The notes under the pieces: generated by a model
Database searches by the model: none
Seen by the model: the letters and a program-made list of their open reading frames with translations, nothing else
What the model was told of the DNA's origin: nothing
Position numbers and translations under genes: made by a program
Origin: Asterionella formosa
Taxonomy: Eukaryota
Length of the DNA: 28,460 bases
Assembly (NCBI GenBank): GCA_002256025.1
Contig: NKIB01011255.1
Span: 62,001-90,460, forward strand
Direction of reading: 5' to 3'
Shown: one piece after another, positions 23,008 through 28,460 of the stretch
Position numbering within the stretch: position 1 is the stretch's first letter
Layout of the letters: each line of letters opens with the position of its first letter

Positions 23008-25452
23008 CTACAACTCATCACTACTTTTTCTCTCCTTTTTCTTTCCATCTGGAGGATTGGCCAGCAACACTTTGTCATAAGTGCCTTGTCTTGTTTCTTC
23101 AGACTCCTCAACTGAAATGTGCTCAGGAGGCCGACCAGAAAGAAATTGTGTCCAGGCTGCCATGAGCCCAGTCTCAAAATTTCGAACATACCTGGGGACA
23201 TCCCAGTAAGGGTGCATTGGATTTCTTTGTAGAGCGGTTGCAATAAGCTTGTTTCGAATGGCATTGTACAATGCAGGGTCATTAGCAACTTCAATAGCTA
23301 TGTCTTCATATTGCTTTGGCCCATTGTATGCATTGAGTTGTTCAAGTCCCAGCACAAGGTTCGCAGAAGTTGTCACACGGGATGACATATCATCTCCATC
23401 ACTGCGAGTGATAATTGGAACACCACCGTAAAGTGAATCTTGGGCAGTTGTGTGACCATTGTATGGATACGAGTCAAGCATGAGGGTGCAGAAATCTTGA
23501 TTTCGCATCTGGTGATCAAATGGGTTCATTTGCCAGGGCAAGAAATGAATTCTAGTGTTTAACTCATCACCATCTCCTGCTTCAAAGCTCACTTCATCTA
23601 TGTTGCCTCTGGAAGTGCCAGCTGCCTCGTGGATAAATTTGCGCATGTAAGCAACTCCAACATCTGGATTTTCCAACAAGCAAAGCATGCTGTTGGGAAC
23701 CTCGCGCAAAATGCGTATCCAAGATCGGATGGTTTCAGGGTTGTTCTTGAGGAATTTATTGAAATTGCAAAAGACAACTGATGGCTTACTGGGTCCCTTT
23801 CCAGCGGGGGCCATGCAGCGATTGGTCTGTGGGCTGCCAGTACCTGGATTATATGGGGTTTCCTTTGGTGTGTATTCATAGGTAGGCTGTTTCACCTCCT
23901 TTTGCATAGCGTGGCCCTTAGAGAAAAAGTGGTTTGGCATCCAAATGAGCTTTTCTGTGTACAATTTGTCGAGATGAGGAGGAGAGGTCACATTGTCGGA
24001 AAATATATAATCAACATACAAAGCACCAGAAGTTCCCAGATACTCTTGATGCCAAACCTGAATGGGGGCAGGGCGAAGTGAAAAAAGCCCCTGGGCTCGC
24101 TCTCCTTGTCTTGCATATCCGTCCCATTCCAATAAAATATGAATATTTTGGCTTTTGATGAACCGAGCCAATGAAATATGATCAGTCTTGTACCTTTGTG
24201 CATCATGAAAGTAATCAACATTGGCCTTAACTCGCTCCCTCCAATCCACCCCTCTCATGCCGTGTTCAATAAACATAGGGTTATCAGGTGCACCCATAGA
24301 AAATATGTGTACTTCAAAGGTATTTTTATCAAAAAATCGAAATATATCGTGAGACAAGTACAGCACAGCCTTGGAGTTGAAGCCACTAGAGACAAAACCA
24401 ATCTTTAGTTTGAATCCAGACTCCTTCGACTCTGCTATATATTCCGAGAGATGATCGTTTGGTTTAAAGGGAAGATCGTGTGGAAGATCTTTCATTGTCC
24501 CCGTGTGAATGTCCACACGAGACATCTTGTCCTCCATAAATGCTGCGGACTCTGCCACATAGCGTTTCAACATGGGGTCCACAGGATATCCCAACATCAT
24601 ATGAGGATGCGGTGACGTGGCTCGCTTCCAATGGAAGCTCCCATCTTGAGAGACGACGCGGAATTGATCGGTTTCCAATTCGACAATCTTTGCGATACGC
24701 TCCATGTCAGCATCGAATTGAGTACCGTTGAAGCCCCAATCAATAATCATGTTGCGACAATATACTGCATTGGTACAGGACGGTCCAATACGCATATTTG
24801 ACTTTTGACAGGATACTTCAAACGAATCCGCGCACTTTTCATAAGATTTCTCAGAAAACGATGCGGATCCCGCTGCATAGAGTTCTTCGGGTGTCCCCTT
24901 GAAATCAGCACCCCAGGGATATTTTTTGTCAACGGCCTCGTCCTCAATGTCTTGGCCTGCATTATCATCTGTGACGCTTCCCTTCAAAGCGTCTAGATTT
25001 TTGCCTAATCCCATGGAATCCAAATTTTCTTGCAACGTCCAAGCGTCTTCATGGTCAGGTTGCAGTTGAAGCGCTTGTTTCAGATACTGCTTGCCCATGT
25101 CAATCTGGCCTCTTTGAATGCTCTCTTGGGCTATGTATACAAAGCCATCTACTAACTTGCCTTGGGCCGCCCAGCATTGCATAAAGGATTGAAATATGCC
25201 TTCCACTCCATATTCCTTGGAGGTTCCTTTATATTTCTCCTGGACCAAGACGGCTCTCCAGAAATGCATGGCGGCTCTATCAAATTGCTGTTCGGCAAGA
25301 AGTCTGTTTCCTTCCTCAATGTTTTTGTGCCCATCCGCCGGATCTATCTTGGTAGAAAAGTCGAGTGAAATAGCAGCATCCACAAGATAGACACTCGCTG
25401 CTGCAGCAACAGCAACAAAGATCCAAGCGACCTGAACCCAGAAACGCTGCAT
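23008..25452 (-). CDS. TPR-containing GT41 family glycosyltransferase (OGT/SEC/SPY-related) with signal peptide and C-terminal SDEL; 814 aa from the ATG at 25452
   Basis: Uninterrupted ORF. TPR-like helices (YLKQALQLQPDHEDAW) precede GT41 motifs KIGFVSS, LRPAPIQV, VDYIFSD, YTEKLIWMP, VFCNFNKFLK, LDSYPYNGHTT...GVPIIT, SRV. The N-terminus is hydrophobic (MQRFWVQVAWIFVAVAAAASVYLVDA) and the protein ends KSSDEL. The ORF-track start at 25488 is a GTG. Confidence 0.92.
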   Translation of the reverse strand: MQRFWVQVAWIFVAVAAAASVYLVDAAISLDFSTKIDPADGHKNIEEGNRLLAEQQFDRAAMHFWRAVLVQEKYKGTSKEYGVEGIFQSFMQCWAAQGKLVDGFVYIAQESIQRGQIDMGKQYLKQALQLQPDHEDAWTLQENLDSMGLGKNLDALKGSVTDDNAGQDIEDEAVDKKYPWGADFKGTPEELYAAGSASFSEKSYEKCADSFEVSCQKSNMRIGPSCTNAVYCRNMIIDWGFNGTQFDADMERIAKIVELETDQFRVVSQDGSFHWKRATSPHPHMMLGYPVDPMLKRYVAESAAFMEDKMSRVDIHTGTMKDLPHDLPFKPNDHLSEYIAESKESGFKLKIGFVSSGFNSKAVLYLSHDIFRFFDKNTFEVHIFSMGAPDNPMFIEHGMRGVDWRERVKANVDYFHDAQRYKTDHISLARFIKSQNIHILLEWDGYARQGERAQGLFSLRPAPIQVWHQEYLGTSGALYVDYIFSDNVTSPPHLDKLYTEKLIWMPNHFFSKGHAMQKEVKQPTYEYTPKETPYNPGTGSPQTNRCMAPAGKGPSKPSVVFCNFNKFLKNNPETIRSWIRILREVPNSMLCLLENPDVGVAYMRKFIHEAAGTSRGNIDEVSFEAGDGDELNTRIHFLPWQMNPFDHQMRNQDFCTLMLDSYPYNGHTTAQDSLYGGVPIITRSDGDDMSSRVTTSANLVLGLEQLNAYNGPKQYEDIAIEVANDPALYNAIRNKLIATALQRNPMHPYWDVPRYVRNFETGLMAAWTQFLSGRPPEHISVEESEETRQGTYDKVLLANPPDGKKKERKSSDEL

Positions 25453-25702
25453 TTTGTTGTTGTAGTAGTTGTTAGTAGGAGATCTCACTTCACTGGAACT
25501 CCAAAATGCACAGTAGTATCAGCTGTTGCAACGATGAAGGCGTATGCGACAGGCGGATTGATGAGTATTGTCAAGATGACGAACCGCGTTTTATGTCTCG
25601 ATGGGCGGGGAGGAAGCGCGACGGACGAAATGATATACCGGCAAGTCAACGCGAAACCATGACTGGACAGGTAGATACATACCAGTTTATGTTGGTGTGC
25701 CC

Positions 25703-25920
25703 ACCTGGTACCCTGGAACCTGGTACCCTGGAACCTGGTACCTGGTACACTGGTACCAGGTACTTCCCTCTATCAGGGTGCCGGTACTAAATAAACAATT
25801 CAATATAGGATAAATAAAGCTAAACCTTTAGCTCCAGGACAATTACCGTAACTTGCAGGGTCCCAGGTACCGGTACTTGGAGTACCAAGGTACCTGGTAC
25901 TTGTACCAGGTACATACCAG
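25703..25920. repeat. GGTACC/CCTGGTAC-rich cluster including a 15-bp tandem ACCTGGTACCCTGGA x2
   Basis: Exact units at 25703-25717 and 25718-25732, followed by many GGTAC/GTACC words up to 25920. Confidence 0.85.
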
Positions 25921-26327
25921 CAAGTTGCGGTCATTTTGCCGAAAATGGAACGAGGCGCCGGCAAGCACTCAAAATCGACTCTCCGGTAATATTACTTAGA
26001 CATTTTGAAAATACTAACGGTTTCGCGCTGGCCAGATAATTTCATTATTATCAAAATCTAAAAATTTTGAAGAATGTTTTTCTGGAAAAACCAGTTTCCG
26101 AACTTTGCTACCTGTACGATTTTGGCTTTTGGATTGGGGGAATGAGTTTGACCCTAAACTAGTTCCTTCCAAATCGAATTCTAGCATAATAGTATTCAAA
26201 ACGATTATGCAAGGAATGAAAGATAACCGTTATCCGAGGTAGCCAGATCAAATATTTTAGTATTGGATCTACAGGCGTGTGTATCCGAGATGTCCAAATC
26301 GTCATTTCGGCAATTTTAGCGCACTTG
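25921..26327. mobile_element. MITE (non-autonomous DNA transposon), 407 bp, imperfect ~30-bp TIRs, 3-bp CAG target-site duplication
   Basis: Left end CAAGTTGCGGTCATTTTGCCGAAAATGGAACGA versus reverse complement of the right end CAAGTGCGCTAAAATTGCCGAAATGACGA. CAG flanks both sides (25918-25920 and 26328-26330). The interior is AT-rich with no credible coding sequence. Confidence 0.7.
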
Positions 26328-26797
26328 CAGTGGTACCGGTACTACTGTGTTAGTACGGTAGTGTACTACATAGTGCTACAACAGGTAAGTTCTACGTAAT
26401 GAGATGCCGGCACGCGGGAAGGAGTACGAAGCGATTAACAACGCCATGTAGCACCTAGCACCACCAGTAAAATGTAAAATAAAGAAATTTTCCAACATGA
26501 TGTTCCAATATGTATATTATATGACTACGATACGGAATATACCGATCATGTAGCTAATGTACGACTGTTTTCTTCATATCCGCCTTTTCGCTTGTCCCAT
26601 GGTTTGGTTTTGGTAGGTAGACTGACTATCCCGGTATGAATATATTCTTCGCCTGTCGACGCCGAAACAAACAACAAGATAAAAACCATACTCAAGAAAG
26701 TCCATCACCAAAATCTGATCGGTCTGGTCCACAGTGAACAATCTGTTGTAAGCACAGGATACTTTCATTTTGCGCCTTCCCTCCATCGATACACGCA

Positions 26798-28135
26798 ATG
26801 TTGGTTCGAATCCGAAACAATGTGGGCCAATGGAGAATTCACATCGACCCCGCCGCCACCGTTTCCGACTTGCTGGCCAAAATCGCCGAAACCCGTCCCA
26901 ATGTCGTCTACGAAAAACCCCTCTCCAGCGATCCCGCGTGTTCGTATCCTCTCGATCTTCACAGAACGCTTCAAGAGCAAGGCATGGACCACGGAGGGAT
27001 GATTCATTGTCGTGTCGATCCAGCCACGTGTGCCGAGTCGTCAGCGGCGGAAGCAGACAAAGCGACTAACATGAGGCGCATTATTGCCAAGGACGGCTCG
27101 GTGCATATGGTGCATTCGTCGGAGTCAGACAATAGAGGCTTTCGCAAAGGACAGCTTCCGCTTCGAGATATGAAGATGCAATGGACCCTAAATGATTTTA
27201 TCGCGCTAGACAGCCAATATGAATTCAAGATCCAGCGACAGGAGGAAGCCGTATGCAAAGGAGTGTCCTTGGATAGCGCAAGTGTAGATGGATTTCAAAC
27301 GTATCTCCGGCGGTTTCAGTTCTCACGACAGCGATGCGGATTTCTGTACGGTCGATTCACAGATGACGATACCAAAGTCGTGGTGGAAGCCATTTACGAG
27401 CCTCCTCAACGACCCGACCCGGATGCCCCTGAAGGCTTCCACTTGCTGGACGACGACAAGGAAGATCAAGTCGAACAGCTCGCATCGCTCTTAGGCCTCC
27501 ACAGGGTGGGGTGGATTTTTGGTCATCCACCACGAGCCAAGGGATTTTCGTTCTCTGCACATGAAATCATCTTGGCAGCAGAGTTTCAGCTTCATGCTGC
27601 GGATGGTGTGAACAAGACGCCGTTTGTGACAATCAAGGTCACATTAAACGACCAGGGTCACGTGGAAGTTGACGCATTTCAAGTATCACAGCAGTGTATG
27701 GAAATGGTGGCGGAAGAAGCCTTGGAAGTCGGAGACAATAGGGGATTTCTAGTTGTTAATGATACCTTCACTGCAATTCAAGAAGGAAAGGCTGCAAAGG
27801 AACTGGCTCCGGAATTCTTCTTAACGACTGTTCCTATTATTCAACATCAATCACAAGTCTTTGTATCGACATTTCCCAGGGTCAATAGGGACATGGACGA
27901 ACGATCGCCGTCAAAGGACGCGCTCAAGAAGCAACTATCAAAAAGTGGAAAGTCTGGTTGGACTTTTTGCGACTTACTGGCGGACTTCAATTTATTGATT
28001 TTTCTTTGCGACTTTATGGACTTGGCGACAGATATGCCGAAGATTTGCGAGTCTATTGTGAATAGAGAAGTTCTGTTGAATGATGGGTACAAGTTGATTA
28101 TTGCAGGTCTGGCCGGAATGGATAGGGCATATTAG
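26798..28135 (+). CDS. NPL4: NPL4-like Cdc48/p97 cofactor (N-terminal ubiquitin-like domain + MPN-like NPL4 domain), 445 aa
   Basis: MLVRIRNNVGQWRI ubiquitin-like N-terminus, then QRCGFLYG, VVVEAIYEPPQ, LGLHRVGWIF, FVTIKV...AFQVSQQC, FPRVNR and LADFNLLIFL, all typical of NPL4. Intact intronless ORF. Confidence 0.93.
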   Translation: MLVRIRNNVGQWRIHIDPAATVSDLLAKIAETRPNVVYEKPLSSDPACSYPLDLHRTLQEQGMDHGGMIHCRVDPATCAESSAAEADKATNMRRIIAKDGSVHMVHSSESDNRGFRKGQLPLRDMKMQWTLNDFIALDSQYEFKIQRQEEAVCKGVSLDSASVDGFQTYLRRFQFSRQRCGFLYGRFTDDDTKVVVEAIYEPPQRPDPDAPEGFHLLDDDKEDQVEQLASLLGLHRVGWIFGHPPRAKGFSFSAHEIILAAEFQLHAADGVNKTPFVTIKVTLNDQGHVEVDAFQVSQQCMEMVAEEALEVGDNRGFLVVNDTFTAIQEGKAAKELAPEFFLTTVPIIQHQSQVFVSTFPRVNRDMDERSPSKDALKKQLSKSGKSGWTFCDLLADFNLLIFLCDFMDLATDMPKICESIVNREVLLNDGYKLIIAGLAGMDRAY

Positions 28136-28460
28136 TCTTTGGTCTGTTACTCTAGTAACTGCTAGTCCCTCTTCAATATGCAAAGAATTTGGAGAATGAA
28201 TGAAATCAAAATATATGTATTAGACATCACTGGATTCACAATAGTCCGATGTAGATTGGTAGAGTCCTTGCCCCGTCCCCACTCTCTATACTGACAATGG
28301 GCTTCCAGTTGAAAGTTCTATTTCATCTTTTAAATCCAACTATGAGCCCGAATTCCCTTCAAGCGCATTTGAAGGAACATTTCGTAGGACTCACGCATAC
28401 TGACATCAGGCAACTTCTCTGGTGGACCCCATTCAGTCAGCAAGTAGTTGCCTCGGATGT

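Larger units (their letters stand above)
25453..26797. promoter_or_regulatory. Divergent (head-to-head) intergenic/promoter region between the GT41 gene and NPL4
   Basis: The two ATGs point away from each other with 1345 bp between them. Confidence 0.6.

Noticed and set aside
25453..25488. N-terminal extension MRSPTNNYYNNK of the GT41 ORF
   Set aside because: It starts at GTG. The first ATG (25452) directly precedes the signal-like segment, so this is more likely 5' UTR.
25506..25790. ORF containing PGTLEPGTLEPGT
   Set aside because: The peptide repeat is a by-product of the 15-bp GGTACC-rich DNA tandem in the promoter region.
23004..28183. Numerous short overlapping or antisense ORFs within the GT41 and NPL4 genes
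   Set aside because: Shadow frames of real coding sequence with no independent motifs.
28298..28460. Open frame MGFQLKVLFHLL... running off the window end
   Set aside because: Only about 54 codons, no recognisable motif, and truncated by the window.

Overview
Eukaryotic, AT-rich genomic window, most likely from a diatom or related stramenopile (inferred from short GT-AG introns, an M11 metalloprotease and the transposon families present; the taxon is not provable from the sequence). Three host genes look intact. (1) A four-exon secreted gametolysin/M11-type zinc metalloprotease (1960-3788, -). (2) An intronless TPR + GT41 (OGT/SEC/SPY family) glycosyltransferase that unusually has an N-terminal signal peptide and a C-terminal SDEL ER-retrieval motif (23008-25452, -). 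(3) An intronless NPL4 gene transcribed divergently from it (26798-28135, +). About 18 kb between the protease and GT41 genes is decayed, nested transposon sequence. A Ty3/gypsy pol has its RT-RNaseH-integrase core inverted, with an exact 16-bp duplication at the breakpoint. An RNase H-bearing LINE (Ambal-like) appears to be split by a ~9 kb DNA transposon. That transposon carries a Plavaka/CMC-like transposase, a Ulp1/C48-like protease pseudogene and a 115-bp tandem array. A 407-bp MITE with a CAG target-site duplication and GGTAC-rich clusters lie in the GT41/NPL4 divergent promoter. All family assignments come from motif recognition by eye; no searches were run.
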